Under the pieces are notes generated by a model, which saw only the letters and a program-made list of their open reading frames with translations, did not search any database and was not told the DNA's origin. A program made the position numbers and the translations under genes. Positions 13,850 through 26,050 of a DNA stretch of 64,000 nucleotides are shown in pieces. The DNA comes from Leucoraja erinacea (taxonomy: Eukaryota), in NCBI RefSeq assembly GCF_028641065.1, contig NC_073408.1, forward strand, positions 9,362,001 through 9,426,000, read 5' to 3'. Numbering within the stretch: the stretch's first letter is position 1; each line of letters starts with the position of its first letter.

Positions 13850-14718
13850 CAGGCATGGAAATCGCTATCAAAATATGGAGGGGACCGGGGGACAGGGGAG
13901 ACACAATTTCTTGACGGCCGCCCNNNNNNNNNNNNNNNNNNNNNNNNNNNNNNNNNNNNNNNNNNNNNNNNNNNNNNNNNNNNNNNNNNNNNNNNNNNNN
14001 NNNNNNNNNNNNNNNNNNNNNNNNNNNNNNNNNNNNNNNNNNNNNNNNNNNNNNNNNNNNNNNNNNNNNNNNNNNNNNNNNGCGCTAAATGCAGCTCAAC
14101 TCTGCCTGTCTCACCGGGTTAACCTACAGCCCTGCCTGGACTGACGGGACACCAGCGCTGCTTCTCCGTGCTGGCTGTAAACCTGGGCCATATTTCCCAC
14201 AAGCCCAGGCAGGGCTGTAGGTTAACCTGGCGGGACAGGCAGAGTTGAGCTGGGTTTAGCGCTGCTTCTCTGCGCTGGCTGTGAGCCAGGGGGCACAGCT
14301 CCCGTCTGACTGCCGACGTCTCAGGCCACCCGTGGGAGGCACTCGGGTGGGGACGGGACAGTGCCGGACAGCCGGGATCGATCCTGGCTGCGGATGAGGC
14401 GCAGGTGCCGAGAGTGTTTTGGCACGTCTCCCTCCTCCAATCACCGCACTCTATCCTCAGTCCCAAAACCCCCTACCCCTCCCTCCTCCAATGATCGCGC
14501 TGAATCATCATGTTCTGCCCCCATTGCCTGCTGACCGACGTCTCTCTCGTACAATCGGCGCCCTCAATCAGCAGTCCTATCCCCACTGTCTCGCGGAAAG
14601 CGGATATTTCACCAGGTTTTAAAATCCGGATTACAAAAACTTGGGGGGGATCATTCCCCACCTCTCAAACCAGAGGGGGGGCATGTCCCTCCTGGCGCCC
14701 CTGGGATTTCCGCCCCTG
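13850..14718. mobile_element. GC-rich insertion, possibly a non-autonomous DNA transposon (spans an N gap)
   Basis: Imperfect termini caggcatggaaatc / gatttccgcccctg, flanks atgggatg / atggagtg (6 of 8 match), internal inverted repeat 14082-14140 vs 14205-14262. Absent from the paralogous units. Confidence 0.45.
13924..14081. other. Assembly gap (N run)
   Basis: Run of n. Confidence 1.
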
Positions 14719-15044
14719 ATGGAGTGAAGGGAGGAATATAGGTGGAAGAGTCACATAACATGAACAATGTTCTGTATATGGCTTCATCTCATATAACGGT
14801 GTAACTTCACCACTGAGGATACATGTTATCCCATAAATACAACAATACAACAAAAAAGTGGCCAATGATTTTATTCAATTTAGTACAAGACACAGAGTAC
14901 AGTGATCAATGGTTTTCCAGCTCACAAAAGTTGTTGCTACAGAATAATACAGTGATTGCTTTGAGAGGTTGCATTTCAAAGAACACAATATGACACTTTA
15001 TACACCTGATTTTTTACTGTTGCTGTTTGAGTAGAATGATTTGC

Positions 15045-15050
15045 TTTATT
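15045..15050 (-). terminator. Candidate polyadenylation signal (AATAAA) of Gig2 copy A
   Basis: AATAAA about 330 nt past the stop codon, followed by GU-rich sequence. Present at the equivalent position in copies B and C. Confidence 0.4.
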
Positions 15051-15381
15051 TCCCGAACTTGTTTTATTCCCACTGCAGCTGATGCTGATCTTCCTAATTA
15101 TCTGCTTTTCCGGTTTTAGCAACCTCCAATATAGTCACCAAAACAACCAATTTTTCACAAGATTTATACGATGAACATTGGTAGTTTATGGGATAACCCA
15201 CTTAATCCGTTTCTATTACTCTCTAAAGCATACTGAAGGTCATCTTCAAAAATAGGAGCTTTCTCCCACCGAACCCTATGTTTGATTGTCATATGTGGAG
15301 GTCCCACCACCATTGTTACACCCAAGATCACCATTATCCACATCTTCTAACTATTACCCCATTGCCCCAGTAAGATCACGA

Positions 15382-15876
15382 TTATTCAGTGAAGAACCAC
15401 TGGTTAGACAGATTACATTTGGGGTGAAATGCTTTAACAACTTTTATTCTTTTGGGATCCCAGACACAATCCTCTTCCAAACCACTTGGAACCATCCCAC
15501 AGCTTGGAGGGCACCAAGCAGTGTCATAGCCATGATAGTGCCATGTCTTCTGGAGTGGGTGCCCTTGATAATTTATCATTATGACTTTTCCCACATTGAC
15601 TCGCAACTTAAGCACAATCTTTTGGCTGGGATCGATGTCCAGGGGATACCTGCTAGCTTTTTGGAGGTCCCTACTGACATAGACTCCAGGACCGAGCATG
15701 CCACCTTTGGATCGATGGAAACCATTTTGACGAATGGCCTGTGCACTTGCAGCACTGGTTCCATGGTACATCACATAGATCTTGCCTTCAACTGGTGACA
15801 CAAGACTTTTGAGGCACGGTGGATTAAAACCAAGTCCATCTTCTTCAGCCCATATATTTTGCTGACAATAGGCCAT
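15382..15876 (-). CDS. gig2: Gig2-like protein, copy A (GCRV-induced gene 2 family; stand-alone PARP/ART-like catalytic domain), 164 aa, single coding exon
   Basis: Motifs IYVMYHGT, GMLGPGVYVSRD, ASRYP, GYDTAWCPP and SGLEEDCVWDPKRIKV are typical of Gig2. The start is the ATG at 15876 in a strong Kozak context (accATGg). The upstream part of the track ORF is an intron polypyrimidine tract ending in AG at 15905-15904. Confidence 0.92.
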   Translation of the reverse strand: MAYCQQNIWAEEDGLGFNPPCLKSLVSPVEGKIYVMYHGTSAASAQAIRQNGFHRSKGGMLGPGVYVSRDLQKASRYPLDIDPSQKIVLKLRVNVGKVIMINYQGHPLQKTWHYHGYDTAWCPPSCGMVPSGLEEDCVWDPKRIKVVKAFHPKCNLSNQWFFTE

Positions 15877-17429
15877 GGTAATGAGTCGAATTTCAAAACT
15901 TGCCTTTTGACGAAAATAAAATAAAATAAAATTAAGAGATTTATTAATTCTGTTCTTAATCCTCAACCAAATCTGATCACATTTCCCCCTCCACCCTGTC
16001 CCTTTTTACATTTCACTGCTCCACTTAGTTTCTTTTGTTTTACCATTTCCTCTTTATTTCACCTCTAGTGTTTATCATTATCTCTAACCATCTATCAATC
16101 GATTCCGCTTCCCTCGCCTATCACTTACTGGGCTTTGCCCCACCCCTTCTCTCCAGCTTCCTCGTCCCTGCTCCATCAGTCTGAAGATAGATCCCGATAA
16201 GATCCCAAAACAAGATCCATCCATTTTCCACCACAAATGCTGCGTCACCTGGTAAATTAATACTTTATACTTTGTAATCAGTACTTTGTTTTTAGCTCAA
16301 GCATCTGCATTCCTTTGTGTCTCCATGTGCCCCTCATGTTTTTCCATGCTGGTGAATCTGCCAAACAGATTTTTGGAAAAACATAAGGTAGACACAAAAT
16401 GCTGGAGTAACTCAGCAGGACAGGCAGCATCTCTGGAGAGAAGGAATGGGTGATGTTTTGGGTCAAGACCCTTCTTCAGTCTTTCGCTCCACTGCAAAAT
16501 CTGCTCAAGGTATGTTGCACCACTTGGAAAAACATACCCTGGCTTTGACTCAACCACAATCTTAAATATTGTAAAGGTATTTCAATGCCTTATGATATTG
16601 CCCTGACCAATATATCAATGAATAAATGTCTTGACTTGTATGTTGTGGTCTATATATTTTTAAGTATAAACTGGGTTATGAGTTGTCAGTTTCCTTTTAT
16701 ATGCAGAGAATAAATTAGTCAAATCTGGTTTTGTGATAGTGGAAAAGAAATTCCTTCCAGAGCAATGGATCAAATATTTACTTATCTTTCTAGATATATA
16801 TTTTGACATGTCTTCGAATCAACACTTCACACTGCCTCGGCAAGGCCACCAGCATAATCAAGAGCGAGTCTTAGTTTCTCCCCTCTCCCCTTTATGCAAG
16901 TGGTACAGAAGTGTGAAAACGTCCAGATTTAGGGACAGTTTCTTCCCAGTTGCTATCCCCAATTAGTATCACTAATTAGAGCAAAGTCCTGAGCTACCGT
17001 CCACCTCCTTGGAGACCCAATTGGACTTGATCTTGCACTAAATGTTATTCCTTTCATCCTGTATCTGTACTGTGGACAGCTTGATTTTAAGCATGTATAG
17101 TCTTTCCGCTGACTGGATCGCACGCAACAAAAAAGCTTTTCACTGCTCCTCGTATATGTGGCAATAAACTGAATAAACTAAACTCAACTCAACTAATTTG
17201 CCAATAGTTTAACCTTAGTACATCCAACCAATGTTTCTATCCCTTTCAAAATTTGCACAAAAATTTGGTTTCAATAGCAAGTTACGCAGAGTATGTGTAA
17301 AATACCAGTATCAGAAAACATCTATGGAACGATAAAGGTGAATTAACTTTAGAGGTTGAGTTCTTATATCAGAACTGGCCACTTTGGGCACAAGTTTCAA
17401 CAGTTGATTTTCTGAAGAGGAAAAGGAGT

Positions 17430-17441
17430 GAAATGGAAACT
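17430..17441 (+). promoter_or_regulatory. Intronic ISRE/IRF-E-like site (GAAATGGAAACT), also at 22944-22955
   Basis: Matches GAAANNGAAACT and is identical in the inferred intron of copies A and B. Confidence 0.4.
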
Positions 17442-18022
17442 TAAAGGCACGGGAGTCAGCACATTGACATTTTCCACAAGTTGTGTGTCTCTCTGTTCCC
17501 CGTTACTGACAACATTAAAGTGTGTTTCACCTCGTACACCGCTTATTATTTCTGCTTACAATGAAATAAAAATGCAAGAATTCATTCACAATTGATGTTC
17601 CAAAGGAAATCCAACTTCAACGCTCTTGTGATTGCAATAACAGGAAACGACTGTACAAATTTGTTGACTCAATCCTCTGCCATTCAGAGTCTTATTGACA
17701 GAAACTGTTACATGAAGCCATCAATATTTTTAACACAGTCCCATTTTCGCAGGAATACGACATGACAGCCTTAAAGATAATATCCCAGGGAAAAAGCACA
17801 CAGTTATGCAATTGGTCCCACACCCTTGCTCTTGTTCATAGCTTTTTGTTTTTGTAGTTTTCAAGTTTCCCCTGTTAAAACTTCACCTTCACTCAATAAT
17901 AATATTAATCAATATTAATTAATATTAGTATTAAATGTGTAAGAAAGTTCTCCTCTTCCCCTTTATTCCTTCACCACTTACAGTTTGGATCACACCCACA
18001 CAGGAGCAGAGATCATCATGTT

Positions 18023-18160
18023 ACTCACCGTGGTCCAGGAAGTCACACTGCCATCAGGATGGGCAAGATCTGTACTTTATTTCGAATTTTTTGAGTTTCA
18101 GTTTCAATTTCTTCAAAGTAGCTTTATAACGACAATTTTTGAGTTTATACTTCTCCGAAT
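18023..18160 (-). promoter_or_regulatory. Putative promoter and non-coding exon 1 of Gig2 copy A, with ISRE
   Basis: Donor CACG|GTGAGT (last exon base 18029). ISRE AGTTTCAGTTTC at 18094-18105 with a third GAAA half-site to 18111. TATAAA(-) at 18123-18128 and GAS-like TTCTCCGAA at 18151-18159. Confidence 0.7.
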
Positions 18161-20488
18161 TCATTCGCATATAAACATTGTTTAATGCCAATGTTTAAAA
18201 TTAGTTGAACATACAAATTAATGGAAATACATAGCAGGTTAGGCAGCATCTGTGGAGAGAAACAGAGCATTCACATTTTAGGTCTGTGGCCTGTTCGAGT
18301 CTGATGGACGTTATTGACCTGAAATGTTAACTATTTTTCTCATCACAGAATGCTGCCCAACTTGTATTAATTCCTAACTTTTCATAGTTTCCTTCTTATA
18401 GATGTGTATAAAACCATGCGAGGAATAGATCGGGTAGATGCACAGAGTATTTTGCTACGACAGTTTTAAAGGGATATGGGCCAAATGCAGGCAGGTTAGA
18501 CTAGTGTAGCTGGGACATGTTGGCCGGTGTGGGGAGTTGGGTGGAAGACTATGACTTTTTCTGCTAGCTATCTCCCCTCTCCCTCAGTCTGAAGAAGCAT
18601 CCAATCCCAAACTGTTGTCCATCCTTTTCCCTCCACATATACTGCCTGACCCGCTGAGTTCCTCAAACAGTTTATATTTTGCATCACGTACATCACCTGT
18701 TCCCTCATCTGTGATTATTAAAGAATGCTGAGAGGCTGAGAAAATAAAAGTGCTAAACATCCTTATTACGAACAGTGACTGTCTTAATGATGTGCATTTT
18801 TTAATATTTTTTTTCCTTTTTGCAAAGGATCAGTTATTAAGATGTAAGTGTCAATTAGATTTCAGTTCAATGTCATTTATATGTGATTGGAAACAAGGTC
18901 AAAGTTTTCTCAAAAGCTGCATCACCTTACTGAATGAACTGTGGCAAATTTAACATTAGATGAGCTACATTCAATTTTCCCTCATTTCACTTTAGTATAA
19001 GGCAGTGATAATCTGTGACCGGAAAAGGAAACGACTGTAGCTGATGGCACAGAGTTTATTTTTGTAAAACCACATTGTTCAATTTCCTTTTGTAGAAATC
19101 AATTAATGAACATGTAATTCTGCTCTGGACTGATTAATATTATAATTAGTAAAGTAGAATAGTGAAACTAGTCGGAGAACTAGGGTGGTGGAGAGACACA
19201 GAGAGAGGGAATGCTAGGATTACTTGAAGTTAGAGAAATCAACACCAGTGGTATGAACACTGCCACACTGTATACAGTATATTTGGACTGCAGTACTAAA
19301 CTGATCCACAATTATTGGAAGAGAATTTCGCAATAGTTCAAGCATTCATCTACCTTCGTTTGCCACAACCACTCCTGACTTGTGTGTGAGTCATCCATTT
19401 GCAATCTTCATATAGAGTTCTTCAGAAGACTGTCACCATATAGAGGTTTATAAGATTGTGACAGGGATAAATAGGGTAAATGCACAGAGTAGGGGAATCA
19501 AGAACCAGACAACATATAGTTAAAGTGAGGGGGGAGGGGGGGGGGGGAGTAGATTTAATAGGAAACTAAGGTGTGACAGGGTTATGGCAGGAAAGGAATT
19601 GAACATCTGGCATAAAATGAGAGGAATGTGAGGGTTGGAATGAGTTTTCTGAGAGACAGGCAAACTAACTGAACAAGTTTTACTATCAAAATGGAAATGG
19701 CTGAAAATAGTGCCATTGGTTAAAGATGACAAGGTGCGCAGTAGGCCAGTGGTGAGAAGTAAAAGAGTTACATAATGGAGCCAATAAAACCCCGCAGATG
19801 CAGGAATTTTGATCAAAATACAAAGTGCTGGAGTGGATCAGCAGGTCAGGCATCATCTGTGGGGGGAAGTGATAGATGACATTTTGGGTTAGAGCCCTTT
19901 TACAGATTGATTGTAGTAGGGGATAGCTAGGAAAATAAAGTGGAGGCTGGCAAGTGATAGGTGGATGCAGGTGAGGAAAGTTAGATGAAGAGGAGTGAAA
20001 TGTAAAGGTAAATGGATGGATATTGTTGGAAGGCAGACAGGTGGAAGGACACACCCGGGGGGGGTTTAGATGAACGGGGACACCAGAGGGAGAAATATAG
20101 GTGGAAGAGTCACATAATGTGGTGAACAATGTTCTGTATATGGCTTCATCTCATATAATGGTGGTACCTTCACCACTGAGGAGCCATCTTATCCCATAAA
20201 TACAACAATACAACAAAAACATGGCCAATGATTTTTATTAAATGTAGTACAAGACACAGAGTACAGTGATCAATGGTTTTCCAACTCACAAAAGTTGTTA
20301 CAACAGCATAATACAGTGATTGCTTTGGGTGGTTGCATTTCAAAGAACACAAAGTAAGACTTTATACACCCGATTTTTTATTGTCTGAATAGAATTATTT
20401 GCTTTATTTCCCGAACTTGTTTTAATCCCACTGCAGCTGATACTGATCTTCTTTCCCGGTTTTAGCAACCTCCAATGCCCCAGCAAGA

Positions 20489-20989
20489 TCAAGGATATTC
20501 GGTGAAGATCCACTGGTTATACTGATTATATTTTGGGCGAAATACATCAATAACTTTTATTCTTTTGGGATCCCAGACACAATCCTCTTCCAAACCACTT
20601 TGAACCATCCCACAGAATGGAGGGCACCAAGCAGTGTCATAGCCTTTACAGTGCCATGTCATCTGGAGTGGGTGCCCTTGATAATCTATCTTTTTGACTT
20701 TTCCCACATTGACTAGCAACTTAAGCACAATCTTTTGGCTAGGATCGATGTTCAGGGGATACCTGCTAGCTTTTTGGAGGTCCCTACTGACATAGACTCC
20801 AGGACCGAGCATGCCACCCTTGGATTGACAAAAACCGTTTGTTAGAATGGACTGTGCACTTACAGCACTGGTTCCATGGTACATCACATAGATCTTGTCT
20901 TCAATTGGTGACACAAGACTTTCGAGGCACGGTGGATTAAAACCAGGTCCATCTTCTTCAGCCCATATATTTTGCTGATAATAGGCCAT
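20489..20989 (-). CDS. gig2: Gig2-like protein, copy B, 166 aa, intact
   Basis: Same motifs as copy A, with about 29 aa differences by manual count. accATGg at 20989; tandem CAG-AAG acceptor at about 21022-21017. Confidence 0.92.
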   Translation of the reverse strand: MAYYQQNIWAEEDGPGFNPPCLESLVSPIEDKIYVMYHGTSAVSAQSILTNGFCQSKGGMLGPGVYVSRDLQKASRYPLNIDPSQKIVLKLLVNVGKVKKIDYQGHPLQMTWHCKGYDTAWCPPFCGMVQSGLEEDCVWDPKRIKVIDVFRPKYNQYNQWIFTEYP

Positions 20990-23503
20990 GGTAACGAGTC
21001 GAATTTCAAAACTTGCCTTCTGACAAAAATAAAAGAAAATAAAAGTAAGAGATTTATTAATTCTGTTCTTAATCCTTAACAAAACTGATCATATTTCCCT
21101 CTCCGCTTTCCCCCTCCACCCTGTCCCCTTTTACGTTTCACTGCTCCACTTCTATTCATTTACCATTTCCTCTTTATTTCACCTCTAGTCTTTATCATTA
21201 TCTCTAACCATCTGTCAATTGATTCCTCTTCCTTCACCTATCACTTACTGGACTTTTGAGCCACCCTTCTCTCCAGCTTCCTCGTCCCTGCTCTATCAGT
21301 CCGAAGATAGATCCCGACAAGATCCTACAATTAGATTCATTCAGTTTCCTCCACAAATGCTGCCTCACCTGGCAAATTAATACTTTATACTTTGTAAACA
21401 GTACTTTGTTTTTAGCTCAAGCATCTGCATCCCCTTGTGTCTCCATATGTCCCTCATGTTTTTCCATGCTGGTGAATCTGCCAAACAGATTCTTGGAAAA
21501 GGTAGACACAAAATGCTGCGGTAACTCAGCGGCACAGGCAGCATCCCTGGAGAGAAGGAATGGGTGACATTTCGGGTCAAGACCGTTCTTCAGACTCAAG
21601 AAGTCTTTCGTTCCACTGTGAAATCTGCTCAAGATATGTTGCACCACTTGGAAAAACATACCCTGACTCTGGCTCATCCACAATCTTAAATATTGTAAAG
21701 GCATTCAATGCCTTATCATATTGCCCTGACCAATATAACAATGAAAAAATGTCTTGACTATATAGACCATGTTGTGGTCTATATATTTTTAAGTATAAGC
21801 TGGTTTATGGGTTTTCAGTTTCCTTTTCTATGCAGAGAATACATTTGAGCAACAAATCTGGTTTTATGAGAGTGGAAAAAAAAATTGCTTCCAGAGCAAA
21901 GGATCAAAAATGTACTTATCTTTCTACATATATATGTATATTTTGACATGTCTTCGAATCAACACTTCACACTGCCTCGGCAAGGCCACCAGCATAAACA
22001 AGTCTTCATTTCTCCCCTCTCCTCTTTATGCCGGTGGTACAGACATGTGAAAACCTCCATATTTAGGGACATTTCCAGCTGCTATCAGGCAACTGAACCA
22101 TCATATCAGCAATTAGAGCACGGCCCTGAGCTACCATCTACCTCATTGGAGACCCTATTGGACTTTATAGACTGATTCCTGGGATGGCAGGACTTTTATA
22201 TGAAGAAAGACTGGATAGACTTGGCTTGTACTCTTTTAGGACTGAGATGAGAAAAAAAAAATGTACACACAGTGGTGAATCTCTGGAATTCTCTGCCACA
22301 GAATGTCATTGAGGCCAGTTCATTGGATATATTTAAGAGGGAGTTAGATGTGGCCCTTGTGGCTAAAGTGATCAGGGGGTATGGAGAGAATGCAGGTACA
22401 GGATATTGAGTTGGACGATCAGCCATGATCATATTGAATGGTGGTGCAGGCTCGAAGGGCCGAATGGCCTAAACCTGCACCTATTTTCTATGTTTCTATG
22501 TTTCTATGTTAATCGTGCACTAAATGTAATTCCTTTAATCCTGTATCTGTACTGCGGACAGCTTGATTTTAAGCATATATAGCCTTTCTGCTGACTGGAT
22601 CGCACGCAATAAAAACGTTTTTCAACACACCCCAGATACATGACAATAAATTAAACTAAACTAAACCAGACTAAACTTAACTAATTTGCCAATCGTTTAA
22701 CCTTAGTACATCCGACCAATGTCTCTATCCCTTTCAAAATTTGCACAAAATTCTAAATATGGTTTCAATAACAAGTTACGCAGTTGTAATTTAAACGTAA
22801 AATACCAGAATCCCTCAACAAATCAGAAAACATCTATGGAACGAAAAAAAGCTGAGCTAACTTTAGAGGTTGAGTTCTTATATCAGAACTGGCCACTTTG
22901 GGCACAAGTTTCAACAGTTGATTTTCTGAGGAGGAAAAGGAGTGAAATGGAAACTTAAAGGCACGGGAGTGAGCACATTGACATTTTCCACAAGTTGTAT
23001 GTCTCTCTGTTCCCCGTTACTGACAATATTAAAGTGTGTTTCACCTCGTACACCACTTATATTAGCCATCTGCTTACAATGAAATAAAAATGCAAGAATT
23101 CATTCACAATTGATGTTCCAAAAGAAATCCAACTTCAATGCTCTTGAGATTGCAATAACAGGAAACGACTGTACAAATTTGTTGATTCAATCTTCTGCCG
23201 TTCAGTAACTGTTGCATGAAGACGTCAATATTTTTAACACAGTCCCATTTTCCAAGGAATATGACATAACAGCCTTAAAGATAATATCCCAGAGAGAAAG
23301 CACACAGTTATGCAATTAGTCCCACACCCTTGCTCTTGTTCATAGCTTTTTGTTTTTGTAGTTTTCAAGTTTCCCCTGTTAAAACTTCACCTTCACTCAA
23401 CATTACAACCCGTAAATGTGTAAAAAGGTTCTCGTCTTCCCCTTGATTCCTTCACCTCTTACAGTTTGGATCACACACACACAGGAGCAGAGATCATCAT
23501 GTT

Positions 23504-23612
23504 ACTCACCGTGCTCCAGGAAGTAACACTGCCGTCAGGATGGGGAACATCTGTCCTTTATTTTGAATTTTTTGGGTTTCAGTTTCAATTCCTCAAAAGT
23601 AGTTTTATAACG
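23504..23612 (-). promoter_or_regulatory. Putative promoter and non-coding exon 1 of Gig2 copy B, with ISRE
   Basis: Donor CACG|GTGAGT (last exon base 23510). ISRE GGTTTCAGTTTC at 23575-23586. Homologous to the copy A region. Confidence 0.7.
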
Positions 23613-24769
23613 TCAGTTTATGAGTTTATACTTCTCCAAAGTCATTGGCTTATTAACATCAAAGGCTAATGTTTAAAATCAGTTGAACATGCAAATTAAT
23701 GGAAATACACAGCAGGTTAGGCAGCATCTGTGGAGGGAAACAGAGCATTCACATTTTAAGACTGTGGCCTGATCGAGTCTGATGAAGGGTTATTGACCTA
23801 AAATGTTACCTATTTTTCTCGTCACAGAATGCTGCCCAACTTGTATTGATTTCTAACTTTTCATAGTTTCCTTCTTGACAAAATCTGTCAAGAAATTTGA
23901 GCTGCTGCATAGTGCCAACACCCTCTGTTGTTCTGGTCTTAAGATCTTACTCATTTGCTCACTAATGATTTCCATGTGTTAAAATGTTGTTTATATCAGA
24001 AATTAAAATTAAAACATAACATTTATATTAGCCATCACTTACAAAATAATAGTCATAGAATTATGCAGCATGGAAATAGCCCTCTTGCGCCCAACTCATC
24101 TATGCTGACCAAGATCATTGACGCCATTCCCATTTGGAAACAGAAATTAAAACAAAGAAAATATGGAAGCAAACAGGTCTGGCAACACCTGTGGTGAGAA
24201 ATTGTTAATGCTTCAGATGAATGATCTTTCATCAGGCAGACATGAGACCTCGCAAGTATACTTGGCTTGATTGGATTTATCCAATTGGGTTATACCCCAG
24301 GTCTACAGAGTCACAGTAAAACTGTACATAACAAAAGTAGCATTGAGAAAACTATGACTATGGCAATCAGCTGTCGGGTTTAGTTGGGGCCACAAGAGAC
24401 TGCAAATGCTGGAATCTTGAGCAAAAAAAAACAAATTACAAAAAACAACTCAGCAGGCCAGGCAGCATCTGTGGAGGGAATGGACAGATGACGTTTCGGG
24501 TGAAGGGTCAATGTCGTTCGTCCTTTTCCCCATCACAAATACTTCCAGGCCTGTTGAGTTCCCCTATCAGTCTGCTTTGTGGTCAGGTTGTAGATCCTTG
24601 TATCAGTTTGTGAAGGGTTAACCAGGGTTAAATACGTGACTTCCCTCATCTTGAGTTGGGATGCTTGGTGTTGTATGACCAGTACTGAGTGCTGACAGGA
24701 ATCTTCCACAGAGGAGCTGAATGGAAAGCAGTTCATGGCTGCAAAAATGTCATGGGTTTGTATGTGGAA

Positions 24770-26050
24770 GGTCATCTCACAAATCTGATTGAGGTGTTTG
24801 AAGATGTGACCAAAACGGTTGATGAAGGCAGAGCTGTAGATGTTGTATATATGGACTTCAGCAATCCATTCAGCAAGGTTCCACGTGGTAGGCTGCTCTG
24901 GAAGGTTAGATCACATGGGATAGGCGACAGATAGCACAATGGGCTAAGAGTTCGGCTGGCGACCGGAAGGTAGCCGGTTCAAATCCCGCTTGGAGTGCAT
25001 ACTGTCGTTGTGTCCTTGGGCAAGACACTTCACCCACCTTTGCCTGTAATGGAATGTAATTACGGCGGCAGGCGCGGGCACACCGCGACGCCCTGTGTCT
25101 CCCTTTCAAGGGAGATGCTAAAAATGCATTTCGTTGTCTCTGTACTGTACACTGACAATGACAATAAATTGAATCATTTCATTTCATTTCATTTCATCCA
25201 AGGAGTGGTAGCTGAACGGATAGAAGATTGGTTTCATGGAAGGAAGCGGAGGGTGGTGGTGGAAGGCTGCAAGAACTGGGGGCCTGTGACTAGTGGTGTG
25301 CCTCATGGTTCGGTGCTGGGCCTGTGACTAGTGGTGTGCCTCATGGTTCGGTGTTGGGCCTGTTACTGTCTGTCCTCTACAATCAATGATTTGGTTGAGA
25401 ACATACATGGCAAGATTAGAAAGCTTGCAGATGATACAAAAGTGGGTGGTATTGCAGAAAAATTGTAGCTGGATCATACTCGGTTGGCCAGGTGGGCTGA
25501 GGAATAGTTGATAGAATTTAATACAGATAAATGTGAGGTGTAACATGGGAAGGACCTTCGCACTGATAGGTAGGGCTCTGAGGAGTGTTGTAGGCGTAGG
25601 GATCGTGGAGTGCAGGTACATGTTTCCTTGAAGGTGGAGTCACAGGTAGATAGGATGATCAAAAAGGCTTTTGACCTTCATCAGTCAGAGTATAGAAGTT
25701 GGGAGGTCATGTTGCAGTTATATAAGAAGTTGGTGAGGCCACATTCAGAGTATTTTGTCCAGTTCTGAGGAAAGATGTTGTCAAGCTGGAATGGGTACAG
25801 AGAGGATGTATGTTGCCAGGTCTCGAGGGTCTGAGGTCTAAGGGGAGGTTGAACAGGCTGTCTAAATTCCTTGGAGCATAGGAAGGTGAGGGGTGATCTT
25901 ATAGAGATGTATAAAATCATGAGAGGAATAGATCGGGTAGATACACAGAGTCTCTTGTTCCGACAGGTTTAAAGGGATATGGGTCAAACGCAGGCTGGTT
26001 AGACAAGTGTAGATGGGACGTGTTGGTCGGTGTGGGAAAGTTGGGTGGAA
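24770..26050 (+). mobile_element. Degenerate CR1 LINE ORF2 (RT) fragment
   Basis: LTNLIEVFEDVT..VDEGRAVDVVYMDFS and VTSGVPHGSVLG. Internal 38-bp tandem duplication at about 25280-25360. Confidence 0.88.
24925..25196 (+). mobile_element. Second tRNA-derived SINE family, with a different (Rex/Babar-like) tail, nested in CR1
   Basis: Same head as 38208-38418. Tail catttcgttgtctctgtac...tgacaataaa followed by (CATTT)n. Confidence 0.72.

Noticed and set aside
13784-14144. ORFs spanning N runs (also 27429-27701)
   Set aside because: Artefacts of assembly gaps.
15286-15798. 170-aa plus-strand ORF (and 31706-32152)
   Set aside because: Antisense shadow of Gig2, not conserved as an ORF in copy B.
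15877-15966. N-terminal extension of the Gig2 ORFs in the track (also 20990-21082)
   Set aside because: It starts at a non-ATG codon and runs through the intron polypyrimidine tract and 5' UTR; the Kozak ATG downstream is the better start.
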